A DNA stretch of 64,000 nt from Octopus vulgaris (Eukaryota), in the NCBI GenBank assembly GCA_951406725.2, contig OX597827.1, forward strand, positions 12,958,001 through 13,022,000, given 5' to 3'. Positions 1 to 14,244 of this stretch are shown here, piece by piece. The notes beneath the pieces are model-generated. The model did not search any database. It was given only the letters and a program-made list of their open reading frames with translations, and had not been told where the DNA came from. The position numbers were made by a program, and so were the translations under genes. Every line of letters starts with the position of its first letter. The stretch's first letter is position 1.

Positions 1-50
1 AGGCCACTGAAACAGATGAAGACTAAATAAACACAATATGTGTATGTACT

Positions 51-136
<86 letters not shown>

Positions 137-139
137 CAT

Positions 140-362
140 GTAAATGTGTAATGTGACGCCGTGTGTACCGTTGGCGATTTTTTTTTCCTCTGTCTTCCCT
201 TTTCTGGATCTTTCCTTCTCCTATGTTTTCGACGAAGAGCTCCACTCGAAACGCTAAACCCTCCTTCTTCCCTTCCTTCCTGAGCGTCCAATAATACTAT
301 ATTTGTTCCACGTCCTCGCGTTGTTGTGTTTTCTCTTTGTGTTTTCATGTTTGGATTAACTG
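140..362 (+). mobile_element. (TA)n-embedded non-coding element with a degenerate minimal hammerhead-like motif at 225-259 (Penelope pLTR-like)
   Basis: Unique block between TA tracts; gttt-TCGACGA-A-GAG-ctcca-CTC-GAAA-CGCT-aaac; shares ttcctgagcgt with the 50330 element. Confidence 0.5.
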
Positions 363-587
363 TATATATATATATGTATGTATGTATGTATGTATACATA
401 TATTTATACATAACAAATTTGTGTCCACCAAAACCAAATGCAGTAAGAGAAATAAGTGAAAGTGAAGTGGCCAGTAATATGCATTAAACCAACAAAGGCA
501 AACAGGAATATATGAAAAACACATACAAAATAAATTGACATTATCTCTACTACCACAGACGTTCTCTTTATATACGTATATACATAG

Positions 588-638
<51 letters not shown>

Positions 639-821
639 TACATACACATACATACATATACATACATATATACCTACATACGTACATATATATATATAAA
701 TATATATATACATGTATATTATATACATACACATACACACACATCTATATATATATAGATGTGTGTGTGTATGTATATATATATATGTGTGTGTGTATAT
801 GCATGTGTATATATATATATA

Positions 822-866
<45 letters not shown>

Positions 867-1724
867 GTTATGTGGAAGGATGAATGGATGTTTGTAAGTA
901 TGTATATTAATAATGATAGATAAAATATGTCACTAGATAGCAGTATCTTTTCTTCTTTTTATTATTTTGTTTATATACAAAATATTAAAGGATTTTCGTT
1001 AAGAGATGTTAGGACATAGTTTATCTTGTATTTTTATTTTTTTTGTGTGTATTTTTATTTTTTTTGTCTTGCACTGAAGAATCAGTTTTTGTGCTCATGG
1101 TTCGCTCTGTATGTGTGCATACTTATTTATTTATTACTGGTCAAAAATTCTGTAACCAAAAATTTTGATTCAGAAACAAATTCTCAAAAGCAAATTGCAT
1201 GACCTCGATGGCATATACAGGGACAAGGAACTTTTCAACCAATTATAAAGTAATGCAACCACCTCATTCTAATAGCAGAGACAAGGTTTGAATCTTTTTG
1301 GACAAGATATCACTAAACAACAATACAACCTGAACTCAGTTATGAATAAATAAATTAATTAATTGATTAATTAATACGTATTCAGATTTATATGAGAGCC
1401 CTTTTTTTAAAGTTAACGATGGGAACTGAACTTACTGGCTTCATTGTTACTTGACAAATTGTAAAGATTCGCTCATCTTTTCCACATGAAGTGCTGGAAA
1501 ACAGAAACTGAAGACTACTAATTAGAAATGTTTATAATAATATATCTAATTAGTAGGGAACATTTGGTGCACTACAATCAGATCTATTTTCTTGAAGAAA
1601 ATTCCAGGTCATATAAAGCATAGCTTTGAAATTTAAATATATTTTAATAATTATTTTCCATTTTGCCAAAATGAAATTCCTTGGTTATGGCATGTGATTG
1701 CGAGTGGTGTGCAGTAAAATTGAA

Positions 1725-2332
1725 TTCGAGGCCTCATAGTTGCTGGAATTTGCATCACCAGTCTGGAACCACTATCTTGCCCAGGATATTAATTGTCTGG
1801 AAGCCGTTCAGCGACGTGCAACCAAATGAATATCCTCCATCTGGCATTTGCCATATTCTGAACGCCTTACTTCCCTGGGCATGGACACATTGAAACTCCG
1901 ACGTCTGGCAGCTGACTTGGCAGACACCCATAAAATTATTAACCATCTTATAAACAATTACTCTGAGCACCTTTTCAAACTCCACCTGTCTAACACCCGT
2001 GGACATATTTACAAAGTCAGAAAACAGCACAGCTCCCATGACTTTCGGAAACATTTTTTCATGCTGAGAGTTGCTGAAGCATGGAACAAACTGCCGGCAT
2101 CAGTTGTTAGTTGTCGGAGCACTGCATCCTTCAAAACTTCCATGCTTTCTGAGATTCGCCAACACTACACCTGATTTTCTCCCCGCCATACACACACAAG
2201 CATGTATCTGACTCGTACACTGTTCGCTTTCCAGACATTTGTGCATTACTGCATATACTTTATACACACTTTTTGACAAGTTGTGGTGCACTTGAGCACT
2301 GTATACAATAATTTCATTATTATCATTATTAT
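1725..2332 (+). mobile_element. CR1-clade LINE 3' end (ORF2 C-terminus, 3'UTR, (ATT)n tail)
   Basis: ORF 1848-2174 YSERLTSLGMDTLKLRR...TRGH...FFMLRVAEAWNKLP is the typical CR1 C-terminus; second copy at 25011-25344. Confidence 0.9.
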
Positions 2333-2415
2333 AGAACATCTTAAACACTCAGCCATGCTTTTATCCATCTTTTAAGTCTCCAGTTGTCCCTCCTACCTAT
2401 TTAATAAATTCTCAT

Positions 2416-2728
2416 CCCGGTGGCACGTAAAAAGCACCACCCGACCATGTCCATTGCCAGCGCCACCCTGACTGGCCTCTGTGCTGGTGGCATGTAAAAA
2501 GCACCATCCGTCCGTGGCTGTTTGCCAGCCACGTCTGGCACGTAAAAAGTACCCACTACACTCACGGAGTGTTTGGCGTTAGGAAGGGCATCCAGCCGTA
2601 GAAACACTGCCAGATCAGACTGGGCCTGGTGCAGCCTTCTGGCTTCCCAGACCCCAGTTGAACCATCTAACCCATGCTAGCATGGAAAGCGGACGCTAAC
2701 TGATGATGATGATGATGATGATGATGAT
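2416..2728 (+). mobile_element. SINE family C ((GAT)n tail)
   Basis: ttggcgttaggaagggcatccagccgtagaaa motif and gatgatgat tail; homologous to 28430-28850 and 34215-34380. Confidence 0.75.
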
Positions 2729-3713
2729 ATTGCCCTTCTATTTACTGCCCAATTTGACCCGACATACTCACCCCCAAATGTTTCTATGACAAACTTATCA
2801 TTTCCTTTCTACCTCTTATCAGCAAACATGTAGCCTCCACTAGTGTATCACTTCCATCATGATGCCTAAATAATGAAGATCTGCATCAGTTCTACTAGTA
2901 TCTGAAGCACATCTCCACTGAATTGCCTAGTATCACTCTCTTTCCTTGTGGTCAATGTTTTATCGACATCAATCACTCTCTTACCATAGCCATCTCAGCT
3001 ATCAACCACTCATACTTTCCTTTGCCAGATGATATTGTCCCTTCTATAATAATGACCACACTCTCCAATAAATCACTTATTACTGACATCTATCACACTC
3101 TCTTAACCCTGACCATACTTACAACTATCCATTGTTCTCTCTCTCTTTCTCTCTCTCTCTCTCTTATCAGTAAACATCAGTATTTCTCCTCCATTGCACT
3201 AAATCATTACTGCCTCTCACATTATGCCTACCTTTACTGCCTTTCTTCCTTATTCATTTAACTCTGTCTCTTCTTATTCTTGCTCTTCTTCAAAAAACTA
3301 TTACTTCATTCACTAAATTTTCCCCCACTTCATACACTCTTTTCCTTCTCTGTATTTCATCCTCTACAATTTTTCTCTTTCCTTACCCACTCTATCAGCT
3401 CATGTTGTATTGAATAAATGAACAGATATATCACAACATAGAGTAATGAGGACTTCTTTTTTGTCTTGCAGAGAACAAGGCAACATCACTAGTGTTGGTG
3501 CCATAATGAAATACACTCAATATATTCTGTAGAATATTTAGCAAACAAGCTGAAACAATGTAGAGCTGAACAGACTCTATGGTGTTGTTTCATAAAGGAC
3601 ATGACAATCTGTCTTACACTGAATGCATTATAAAATACATGCAATACACTCTATAAATTGATTGCAGTTAGGTATGGCATCCAGTCATAGAAACTATGCC
3701 AAAAATAATAAGA

Positions 3714-4126
3714 TACTCTTTACTCTCTTTTACTCTTTTACTTGTTTCAGTCATTTGACTGCAGCCATGCAGGAGGACCGCCTTTTAGTTGAGCAAATCG
3801 ACCCTGGGACTTATTCTTTTTGTAAGCCAAGTACTTATTCTATCGGTCTCTTTTGCCGAACCGCTAAGTGACGGGGACGTAAACACACCAGCATCGGTTG
3901 TCAAGCAATGCTAGGGGGACAAATACAGACACACAAACATATACACACACACTTATATATATATACACATATACGACAGGCTTCTTTCAGTTTCCGTCTA
4001 CCAAATCCACTCACAAGGCATTGGTCGGCCCGGGGCTATAGCAGAAGACACTTGCCCAAGATGCCACACAGTGGGACTGAACCCGGAACCATGTGGTTGG
4101 TTAGCAAGCTACTTACCACACAGCCA
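3714..4126 (-). mobile_element. SINE family A (tRNA-derived head, CORE-like domain, internal TA/TG tract, (AGAGTAAA)n tail)
   Basis: Near-identical to more than 12 other copies; head tggctgtgtggtaagtagc...gggttcagtccc, CORE-like cttgggcaagtgtctt. Confidence 0.9.
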
Positions 4127-4684
4127 TGAGTGCAAGATCATAATCTACCCATCTAAGAACTGATACAGAGTAGAGAGGACACTTTGGTCCTTGTGTTAAA
4201 TCATTTCTCTTGTACTAGTGACATGATAAAGTATACCCAGAATAGTCTGTAAAGTGGTTGGTATTAGGGAAGGGCAACCAACCACAAAAGCCAGCCAAAA
4301 TAAAATGTACCAGTGAGATATGGTCACTCTTGGCCATCTCTTGCTGGCTCAACTAAGAAGGCAGTAATGCTGTTTTATCACCATCATAATTTAACGTCCA
4401 TTTTCCAGGCTGGCATGAGTCAGACGGTTTGACTGCAGCTGGCAAGTCAGGGAGCTGAACCAGGGAGCTGCACCAGGGTCCAGTTATCTGTTTTGGTTTG
4501 GTTTCTACAGGTGGATGCCCTTCCTAATGCTTACAACTTACAGATTGTAACCGGGTGTCTTTTACATGTCACTGGCACAGAAGTATTGGATAATATGTTC
4601 TTAGGTTCCCTCCACATGAGGAAAAAGTCAGGATGGTCATAAATGGAATCTGTTTGATCAATAAATCAACTCAATAAGGCTTAA

Positions 4685-5314
4685 CTCTTTAGCATTCAGA
4701 TAATGTGGTCAAATGTAATACTCTTTACTCTTTTAGTCTTTTACTTGTTTCAGTCATCTGACCACGGCCATGCTGGAGCACCGCCTTTTAATCGAGCAAC
4801 TCGACCCTGGGACCTATTCTTTTTGTAAGCCCAGTACTTATTCTATCAGTCTCTTTTGCTGAACCGCTAGGTAACGAGGGCATAAACACACCAGCATCGG
4901 TTGTCAAGCAATGCTAGGGGGACAAACACACACACGCATATATATATATATATATATGACGGGCTTCTTTCAGTTTCCGTCTACCAAATCCACTCACAAG
5001 GCATTGGTCGGCCCGAGGCTATAGTAGAATCACTTGCCCAAGGTGCCACGCAGTGGGACTGAACCCGGAACCATGTGGTTGGTAAACAAGCTACTTACCA
5101 CACAGCCACTCCTGCGCCTAATACTTATTTATTCACATTGTTTTGAATTAATCATGCATTACCTTGTAGCTTTCAGATTTCAAGGATATGGGTTGCCATT
5201 GCCTATTCTTAGACTGACATTGTAGGGTAGGTTTGAGAGGGAAGATCTGGCTTGTTTTTACATAAAACATATAAAAGAATTGGGCATGATATGGCCAGTT
5301 AAAATACCAAAGGG
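4685..5314. mobile_element. piggyBac-type MITE interrupted by a SINE A
   Basis: TTAA flanks; homologous to the intact copy at 41881-42102. Confidence 0.7.
4722..5119 (-). mobile_element. SINE family A
   Basis: Full-length copy; taatact duplicated on both sides. Confidence 0.9.
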
Positions 5315-5333
5315 TTAACCTGGAGTTAATTCA

Positions 5334-5640
5334 TCATTGTTCGACCGTGGTCGAGACAATGGAATTTACCATGCTACGCCAGACTTCACGGTCCATCATG
5401 GCATTATGGAGGTCCTGTTGCTGGATGCCTGTATCCCTGGAGATTACATCAGGGTAGGAGAGTGTGCGCCCTCTGGTATTGCGAGTAGATGGCTTCCAGA
5501 GGAGAAGAGTAGAAATTACCCCTTTTTCAGCTCTACAACAATATCCAGCAAACTGGACTCTCCTACCTTTCACAAGAGATGACACAGGTGGTAGTTTCCC
5601 CATATATTTGCATTTTGGTTGGATGGCGCTTCCACGAGAC
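5334..5640 (-). mobile_element. RTE-clade LINE 3' fragment
   Basis: RRVQFAGYCCR...LLWKP...RGRTLSYPDVISRD...DREVWR resembles the RTE ORF C-terminus. Confidence 0.75.
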
Positions 5641-5818
5641 AATGCGCCCCTTAAATATGGTTTCTGATTACAAATATCTTGGGTCATACATATCATCATC
5701 TGGAAAAGACTTTCTAACCTGGGGTTAAACAACAACAACAACAGCAACAACAACAACATTAACAAACTACTCACATGATAACATTGATTGAGACACCTAA
5801 TCCAAACAGACAGACTCA

Positions 5819-5849
<31 letters not shown>

Positions 5850-6273
5850 GACATTTCAACCATCAGGTAGACTCATAGAGAAATGTCCAGTAATAATCAC
5901 AATTTAGAAATATAACTAATACAGAAATAATAGACATAAATGTGTAATAAAAGAATAAATCATCAGAATGATTTTTGTTTTTTGGTTTTTTTTTATTTTG
6001 GGGTCGGTGGGGGTGGGGTTTTTTTGTGTTTTTTGCTTCGTGTTTTGTTTTGGCATATTTTTTTTTTATTTATTCATTCATTCGCTTATTCATTTATTTA
6101 TTAATTTTTTTTGGTTTTTTGGTTTTTATTACTTCGTGGTAGCAGCAGCAGCAGCAGCAGTAATGTCATCAGACGTAATGTCAGTAGTCATTTCGACTAT
6201 AAATTTCATCATTCACTTATACAGCTATAAAACTGGTGGAGATAAGAATTTTATGTTCTATTGGTAAAAAAAC

Positions 6274-7200
6274 ACATCATCATCATCATCATCATCATCG
6301 TTATCATCATCATCGTTGTCAGCACCATCGTAATCGTCGTTGTTGTCATCGCCGTCATCATCAACAGTGTCAATGTCAACACCACCATGCACGCCACCAC
6401 CACCACCACCACCATCATCAGCAACACCATCATTATTATCATCACCATCATCATCCTTGTCACTATCATCATCATCGTCATCGTCGTCGGCGTCGGCGTC
6501 ATCCTCATCCTCCCCATCACCATCAACATCATCGTCGTTGTCATTGTCCTCTTCCTCATCATCATCATCATCCACACCATCATCATCACCATCAACATCA
6601 TCATCACCATCAACATCATAATTGTTGTCGTCATCATCATCACCATCAACATCATCATCGTCGTCGTCATCCTCATCCTCCCCATCACCATCAACATCAT
6701 CATCGTTGTCATTGTCCTCTCCCTCATCGTCATCATCATCACCATCAACATCATAATCGTTGTCATCGTCATCATCATCACCATCAACATCATAATCGTT
6801 GTCATCGTCATCGTCATCACCATCAACATCATAATCGTTGTCATCGTCATCATCATCACCATCAACATCATAATCGTTGTCATCGTCATCATCATCACCA
6901 TCAACATCATAATTGTTGTCATCGTCATCACCATCAACATCATAATCGTTGTCATCGTCATCACCATCAACATCATAATCGTTGTCATCGTCACCATCAT
7001 CACCATCAACATCATAATCGTCGTCATCGTCATCATCATCACCATCAACATCATAATCGTTGTCATCGTCATCATCATCACCATCATCACCACCACAACC
7101 ATTATCGTCACCGCTGCTGCTACTACTGTCACCACTATCAAAACCATCAACCCATCAACACCACTGTCACCACCACCATCACCACTATCATCATCATCAT
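6274..7200. repeat. Complex (CAT/CGT/CAC)n minisatellite with a roughly 33-39 bp higher-order unit
   Basis: Repeated caccatcaacatcataatcgttgtcatcgtcat; explains the poly-H/I/M ORFs. Confidence 0.9.
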
Positions 7201-7332
7201 TAGTGTTGCTTCTAACGTTACTACTAATTCCTCCAGCGCTATTAATGTCACTGATGTTTAAACTATCAACACTGACTCCATCACACTCATCATCATCATT
7301 ATCAGTCATCTTTATTATCTTCAACTATGTAA

Positions 7333-7363
<31 letters not shown>

Positions 7364-7381
7364 AATAATGATAATAATAAT

Positions 7382-7577
7382 AACACCAGGACTTACAAAT
7401 ATATATATATAACATACCAAAAATTGCACAACTGGGCACTGCACACAACCTACACAAAACACTCTTTCAATACAGTAATCATAAGAACATCACAGCAGAC
7501 CACAGCACATGCCCAAGGCACACAAAGCTGTGCTCTGTAGTGAAGTGAAAGCACGTTATTAAAATAAAACTACTGAA
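7382..7577 (+). mobile_element. R4/Dong LINE extreme 3' fragment
   Basis: Matches 9535-9724; preceded by (TAA)n. Confidence 0.8.
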
Positions 7578-7806
7578 TAAGAAGAAGAAGAAGAAGAAGA
7601 AGAAGAAAGAAGAAGAAGAAGAAAAAGAAGAAGAAGAATAGAAGAATAGAAGAAGAAGAATAAAAGAAGAAGAAGAAGAAGAAGAAGAAGAAGAAGAAGA
7701 AGAAGAAGAAGAAGAAGAAGAAGAAGAAGAAGAAGAAGAAGAAGAAGAAGAAGAAGAAGAAGAAGAAGAAGAAGAAGAAGAAGAAGAAGAAGAAGAGGAG
7801 GAGGAG

Positions 7807-7844
<38 letters not shown>

Positions 7845-7879
7845 ATAGAAGAAGAAGAATAGAAGAGGAGGAGGAGGAG

Positions 7880-7915
<36 letters not shown>

Positions 7916-7954
7916 ATAGAAGAAGAAGAATAGAAGAGGAGGAGGATGAGGGAA

Positions 7955-7989
<35 letters not shown>

Positions 7990-8025
7990 GGAGGAGGAAG
8001 AAGTGGAGGAAGAAGAAGAAGAGGA

Positions 8026-8058
<33 letters not shown>

Positions 8059-8194
8059 GGAGGAGGGAGAAGAAGAGGAGGAGGGAGAAGAAGAGGAGGA
8101 GGAAGAAAAAGAGGAGGAGGAAGAAGAAGAAGAGGAGGAAGGGGAGGAGGAGGAGGAAGAAGAAGAAGAAGAAGAAGAATGATGATAATAAAAG

Positions 8195-8228
<34 letters not shown>

Positions 8229-8230
8229 TA
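7578..8230. repeat. (GAA)n/(GAG)n polypurine microsatellite
   Basis: Direct reading. Confidence 0.95.
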
Positions 8231-8446
8231 CATTGCCTGAAATTTTGAGGAAGATTGTTAGTTAATTATATTACCCCCAGTTCTCGACTGGTACTTACTT
8301 TTTTGACTCTGAACAGATGAAAGGCAAAGTTTACCTTGGCAGCATTTCAACTCATATCATAAAGCCAGGAAAATGGCTGCTAAGCATTTTCTCTGACGCA
8401 GTAATGATTCTGCCAGCTTACAACCTTAGTAATAATAATAATAATA

Positions 8447-9078
8447 ACATTGTTTCTGACTGCCCAGTCCTCACTGAAAAGAAGTACTTCATAAGTCGTG
8501 ACAGACTAGGGCAGTACTTTCCCTGGAATGCTTGTAAATACTGCAAAATTAGATCCCATGATAAGTGGTACAGGCACCATCCAGAGGATGTAGTAAATGG
8601 CGAGGGCATCACCATCCTTTGCAACTTACCAATACAGACAGAAAAATTGACTCCAAACGATCAGACATTGTGATCGAGGATTACAACAGAGGAACTTGTA
8701 TGTTAATAGATGTGTCTGTCTCTTAATATCAAAATATCTCAAAAATGGAATATGTAAAACTTTCTCACTATAAAGATCTGCAAATTGAAATCACAAAAAT
8801 GTGGAAGCTTAGTACTACGATAATATCAGTAGTAATTGGTGCATTGAGAATGATAAAGAAGGGAGCTTAGCAGTATATTAAGCAACTCCCTGGTAACTCC
8901 AATCTCCATGAACTACAAAAGATAACCTTGATAGGGCACAGCCCATATACTAGAGAAAGCACTCTTCATCTAAAATGGAATAAATGTAGTGATAATTTTA
9001 GCATGCATAGCAAAACAAAAGTGCCCTTGCTACTCTTGGCCTCCAGAGTATCCCAGCACTAAGGCAGCAAAAATAAAG
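8447..9078 (+). mobile_element. Degenerate R4/Dong-type LINE 3' end (restriction-like endonuclease region)
   Basis: KWYRHHPEDVV...ITIL, then (frameshifted) ...LIDVSV...KLSHYKDLQIEITKMW...VVIGAL; paralogous to 9200-9724; preceded by (AAT)n. Confidence 0.75.
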
Positions 9079-9115
9079 TTATAATGAAAGGAAACTATAA
9101 ATAATAACGACTATG

Positions 9116-9150
<35 letters not shown>

Positions 9151-9151
9151 G

Positions 9152-9199
<48 letters not shown>

Positions 9200-9200
<1 letters not shown>

Positions 9201-9724
9201 CAGAAAAAAGATGGTATAGGCACACACCAGAAAAGGTCACAGAAAACGAGTAAGCAACCATACTCTGGGATATGCCGATACACACAGATAGAGAAATTAA
9301 GGCCAACAGACCAGATATAGTTGTCAGAGATCATGAAGAAAAAAAATGCTTTCTAATTGATGTATCAATACCGGCAGATGACAACATGTCTCTAAAAGAA
9401 ATGGAGAAACTCTCAAAATACAAAGACCTGGAAATAGAGGTAACTAGAATGTGGAACCTGAAAACAGAAACAATTCCTATCATAGTAGGTGCATTAGGCA
9501 TGATAAAAAAATATTCAGACAAATACATAACAAAAACACCAGGACTTACAAACACATATAACATACAGAAAATTGCACTACTAGGCACTGCACACATCCT
9601 ACGCAGAACACTTTCCATACAATAACCATCAGAGCATCACAACAAATCACAGCACATACCCAAGGCACACAGAGCTGCGCTTGGTAGTGAAGTGAAAGCA
9701 CGCTATAAAAATAAAACTACTGAA
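9200..9724 (+). mobile_element. R4/Dong-clade LINE 3' end with PD-(D/E)xK endonuclease
   Basis: ORF 9272-9625 ANRPDIVV...LIDVSIP...EKLSKYKDLEIE...PIIVGALG; (TAA)n on both sides, consistent with Dong-type TAA targeting. Confidence 0.9.
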
Positions 9725-10036
9725 TAATAATAATAATGATAATAATAATTTCTACCAAGGGCAGAAGGCCTGAAATTTGGGGGGATTGGACTAGTCCATT
9801 ACATCGACCCCAGTGTTTCACTGGTACTTAACTTATTGACTCTAAAAGGATGAAAGGCATAGTCGACTTTGGCAGAATTTGAACTCAGAACTTAGTGGCA
9901 CAAATCTGTGAAAAAGGTAAACCCAGCAAGACATGGTGGTCAAATATGATCTTCGGTTGTTGAGTCACATGGAGGCAATTACAAATGACCAACCACTAAT
10001 GACCAATTACAAATAACCAAATGACCAACACTGCTT

Positions 10037-10440
10037 TTTTTATTGCCTACAAGGGGCTAAACATAGAGGGGACAGACAAGGACAGACAAAAGTATTAAGT
10101 CGATCACATTGGCCCCAGTGCATAACTGGTACTTAATTTATCGCCCCCGAAAAAATGAAAGGCAAAGTCAACCTCGGCGGAATTTGAACTCAGAACGTAA
10201 CAGCAGACGAAATACCTATTTCTTTACTACCCACAAGGGGCTAAACACAGAGAGGACAAACAAGGACAGGCAAACGGAATAAGTCGATTATATCTACCCC
10301 AGTGTGTAACTGGTACTTAATTTATCACCCCAGAAAGGATGAAAGGCAAAGTTGACCTTGGCGGAATTTGAACTCAGAACGTAACGCCAGACGAAATACC
10401 ACTAAGCATTTCACCTGGCGTGCTAACGTTTCTGCCACCT
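10037..10440 (-). mobile_element. SINE family B dimer (Meta/MESC-like central domain)
   Basis: Two tandem units of about 175 bp containing gactttgcctttcatcctttcggggtcgataaattaagtacc. Confidence 0.85.
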
Positions 10441-10682
10441 AGCCACCATGACCAACACTTCTGGCAATTTGCTGTGTTTGAGAAGATACATCACACTACA
10501 TGAAATCATGATCATGGCCAGTACCAGTGACACATAAAAGGCATATGTGCTGCTGTCAGGTAAAAAGCACCCACTACACTCTGTAATATGGTTGGTGTGC
10601 GGGTATCCAGCCATAGAAATCAAGCCAAAACAGATAACTGGAGCCTGGTGCAGATCTCCGGTTTACCAACTCCAGTCATACC

Positions 10683-11096
10683 TATTTCTTTACTACCCAC
10701 AAGGGGCTAAACACAGAGGGGACAAACAAGGACAGACAAAGGGATTAAGTCAATTAATTCGACCCCAGTGCGTAACTGGTACTTAATTTATCGACCCCGA
10801 AAGAATGAAAGGCAAAGTGGACCTTGGCGGAATTTGAACTCAGAATGTAGCGGCAGACGAAATACTTATTTCTTTACTACCCACAAGGGGCTAAACACAG
10901 AGGGAACAAACAAGGACAGACAAAGGGATTAAGTCGATTACATCGACCCCAGTGCGTAACTGGTACTTAATTTATCGACCCCGAAAGGATGAAAGGCAAA
11001 GTGGACCTTGGCGGAATTTGAACTCAGAACGTAACGGCAGACGAAAATACTGCTCAGCATTTTGTCCGGCGTGCTAACGATTCTGCCAGCTCGCTG
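10683..11096 (-). mobile_element. SINE family B dimer with 11-bp TSD
   Basis: ccagtcatacc at 10672-10682 and 11097-11107. Confidence 0.9.
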
Positions 11097-11567
11097 CCAG
11101 TCATACCATTTAACCCATGCCTTCATGATGGTGATGATGATGATCATTATCATGATTAGGATGAAGCCTGTCCATATGTGTTAGAGATATTGAACTTAAA
11201 AAGGTAGCCAAAGTTGTTGTTAAAATGATGGTAGATAATCTAGTGGACATCTACTAAGTCAACTGCTAAATGTCAAAACTATAGTACGTCACTAACTAAA
11301 GAAGCAAGACGTTTGAAATTCAGAAAGTGACTAACAGAGGGAATTCAGCGTGATCGCAGATCTCAGGACATTTTCCGGCAGATTGATATTCTGGACAACA
11401 AGAGATTTTCAGACTGACAATGCAAATTGTAAGTCAGAAAATACCATAGCCCCATATATACAGTTTCAAAAGATAGCCATTGAATGACTAATGTGTAGTC
11501 ACTTATGTTGAAGACAATATACAGAGTGCCATAAACTCAGAATTGCAAATTTTTTTTTTTTTTTTTT

Positions 11568-11968
11568 TACTTGTTTCAGTCATTTGACTGCGGCCATGCT
11601 GGAGCACCGCCTTTAGTCGAGTAAATCGACCCCGGGACTTATTCTTTGTAAGCCCAGTACTTATTCTATCAGTCTCTTTTGCCGAACCGCTAGGTGACGG
11701 GGACGTAAACACACCAGCATCGGTTGTCAAGCAATGCTAGGGGGACAAACACAGACACACAAACATATACACACACACACACACATATATATATATACAT
11801 ATATACGACAGGCTTCTTTCAGTTTCCGTCTACCAAATCCACTCACAAGGCATTGGTCGGCCCGGGGCTATAGCAGAAGACACTTGCCCAAGGTGCTACG
11901 CAGTGGGACTGAACCCGGAACCATGTGGTTGGTTAGCAAGCTACTTACCACACAGCCACTCCTGCGCC
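11568..11968 (-). mobile_element. SINE family A
   Basis: Full-length homology to other copies. Confidence 0.9.
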
Positions 11969-12360
11969 TCGGACATTATGAAACACTCAGTTCTATACAA
12001 AACTACTTTCGTTTTTTTTGTATTGTTTTTTTATTCTTTTGCTTAAAATCCATTTTATAAATTTCATGATTTGATACTTTCTAAGCTGTTATTATAAAAA
12101 AGAATTCAAATTATTAATAATTATATATTTGCATTAATTGTTCATGCATTAATTTTTCCTAGACGAAATGCTTTGCAGTATTTGTTGCTGCCCTTCCATC
12201 CTGAGCTCAAATCCTGCTAAGGTTGACTTTTTTTTTTTGCTTTCAGGGTCAATAAAATAAAGTACCAGTCAAGGGCTAAGGTTATTGCATAAAGATTTTA
12301 AGTTAGCACCACCATCATCATCATCAACAAAGCTCATGAGCGCAACATTACAACCACTAT

Positions 12361-12585
12361 GAAGGTGGCAAGCGGGTAAAAGTGTTAGCACACCAGGCAA
12401 AATACTTAGCAGTTTTTCGTCTGTCTTTACGTTCTGAGTTCAAATTCCACCAAGGTCAACTTTGCCTTCCATCCTTTCGGGGGTCAATAAATTAAGTATA
12501 AGTTGCATACTGTGATTGATCTAATCAACTGCCCCCTCACCCCCACAAAAAAATGTCCGGCCTTGTGCCTAGAGTAGACAAGATT
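12361..12585 (+). mobile_element. SINE family B, older subfamily with alternative 3' end
   Basis: Same head and central domain, different tail (ggccttgtgcctagagtag). Confidence 0.75.
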
Positions 12586-14244
12586 ATAACCACTGTGCCA
12601 CCACCTTCTACCATAGCCTCATGTTGAATATAAAATAGAAAAGAATTATCTTGATTTCAAAGTCCATTTAAGTTTGTATTTTTATCTAGTAAAATTTATG
12701 ATGTTATTTAGAATATGATTACTGTCTCCTTGATTAAGTATGCTTAACTTGGGTCATAAAAGTTAATTTTTGCAGCAACTTGGCTTGATATGAAAGGTTT
12801 TTTTTTTTCTCTTTTCTTTTACTCATTTACAATTAATAATTAATCTTTAATATTGTTAGATCCTCAGAGATTATATATCTCCTCTTTTGATGGATAAAAT
12901 CTGTAAACAATAATACTGTATACTAAATTTCCTTTTACATTAAAGAACTTGGAAGTTTCTTTATCTCTAGGGATTTGAACTTTATTGCTCTCCAAATATC
13001 TTTTGTAATGTTGAAGTCTTCTAAAATTAAAAAAAAAAATAATAACTTTTAAAAAGAATAGAAAAAAAAAGTTACATATGTATTGTTAATAAGCAATTAC
13101 ATATCTTTCAGAAATATCTTTTCTGAATAATGTAAATATCTCAAAATTCTATACATTTATATAGAATACAAAAATGCATTGCAGAATATTAATATTCTTA
13201 AAAGAGGTTAAATATAAAATTTCTAATTTAGAATACATTAAATATTTATTCATAGATGATGTAAAATTACCATTTTAAGTAGATTGGGCATAAATTTTAA
13301 AATTCATTTCTGAACCACAAAACTCTGTAAAATAATCGTCATCATTGTTTTAATGGTATGCAGTATAAAATTTCAGGTTTTAATATGCAATATGGTTGTA
13401 ACTGTGTCAAAATATAAATGGAACACCAGCTCTTTTTCGTTTTATTATAAATAGCAGAAATATTAATATCAATAGCTTTGTGTAGCAACTAGATCTTGGA
13501 TTGTTCAGATATTTTAAGAGAATTTTCTCTGCACTCTTATTGCCTGCCCATTTCTTTTGACTATACATAATCGTAACAATGGCTGCGAAAAATGTCAAAA
13601 GATGATTTTATACCAGAATCGAAAAATTGCCATGGAACCCGGAAACTGTCAACTGTATTTTATTCTTATGATGTTACAGAGGTAAAATTGCCAGTCAAAC
13701 TGAATTGCATGACTGATGAATTATGGCCTGGTATGAAGGTATTGAATTATTACTCTTTCATACACCTGCCATTATTATTTGCCATTCTCCCATCACATGC
13801 AATATTGTATATATACTTACAGTAGTTAGGTTGCTAGCTGATACACAAAACACATCCACTGTAGATTCAGACCATTAATTCCAAAGTCCTTTTGCTTTCC
13901 TATTTTAATTTGCTCATCTGTGTTGTCATAAATTTTATTAACCTTCATCATCGGAGATTTGAATAAATTATGTAAATATGAAGGAGGGAAAAAAAAATAA
14001 AGAATTCGTTAAGTTATTCATTGTATCTATTCAACGACAAGCTACTAACGCTCTTATAACTTTATCCTATTTCTCATAATTTTGTTATTTCTCTCAAGAG
14101 AAATGGTAGGAATATAATGTAGTAGGAGAGACTGGCAGTAGTCGTGGCTGTGTGGTTAAGGAGTTTGTTTCATAGCTACAATGTTCGCAGGTTCAATTCC
14201 AATATGTGGAAACATGGGTATATCTGGTACTAATTCTATCAGTC

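Noticed and set aside
1074-1185. CTGAAGA...GAAAC hammerhead-like spacing
   Set aside because: Three extra nucleotides before GAAA and no helix I or III pairing
6236-7412. Long ORFs of 341-383 aa (poly-His, poly-Ile, poly-Met)
   Set aside because: Open in several frames on both strands only because they cross a stop-free trinucleotide minisatellite
10037-11096. Regular 175-bp repeats resembling a CRISPR array or satellite
   Set aside because: No unique spacers, eukaryotic context; the units are SINE B bodies
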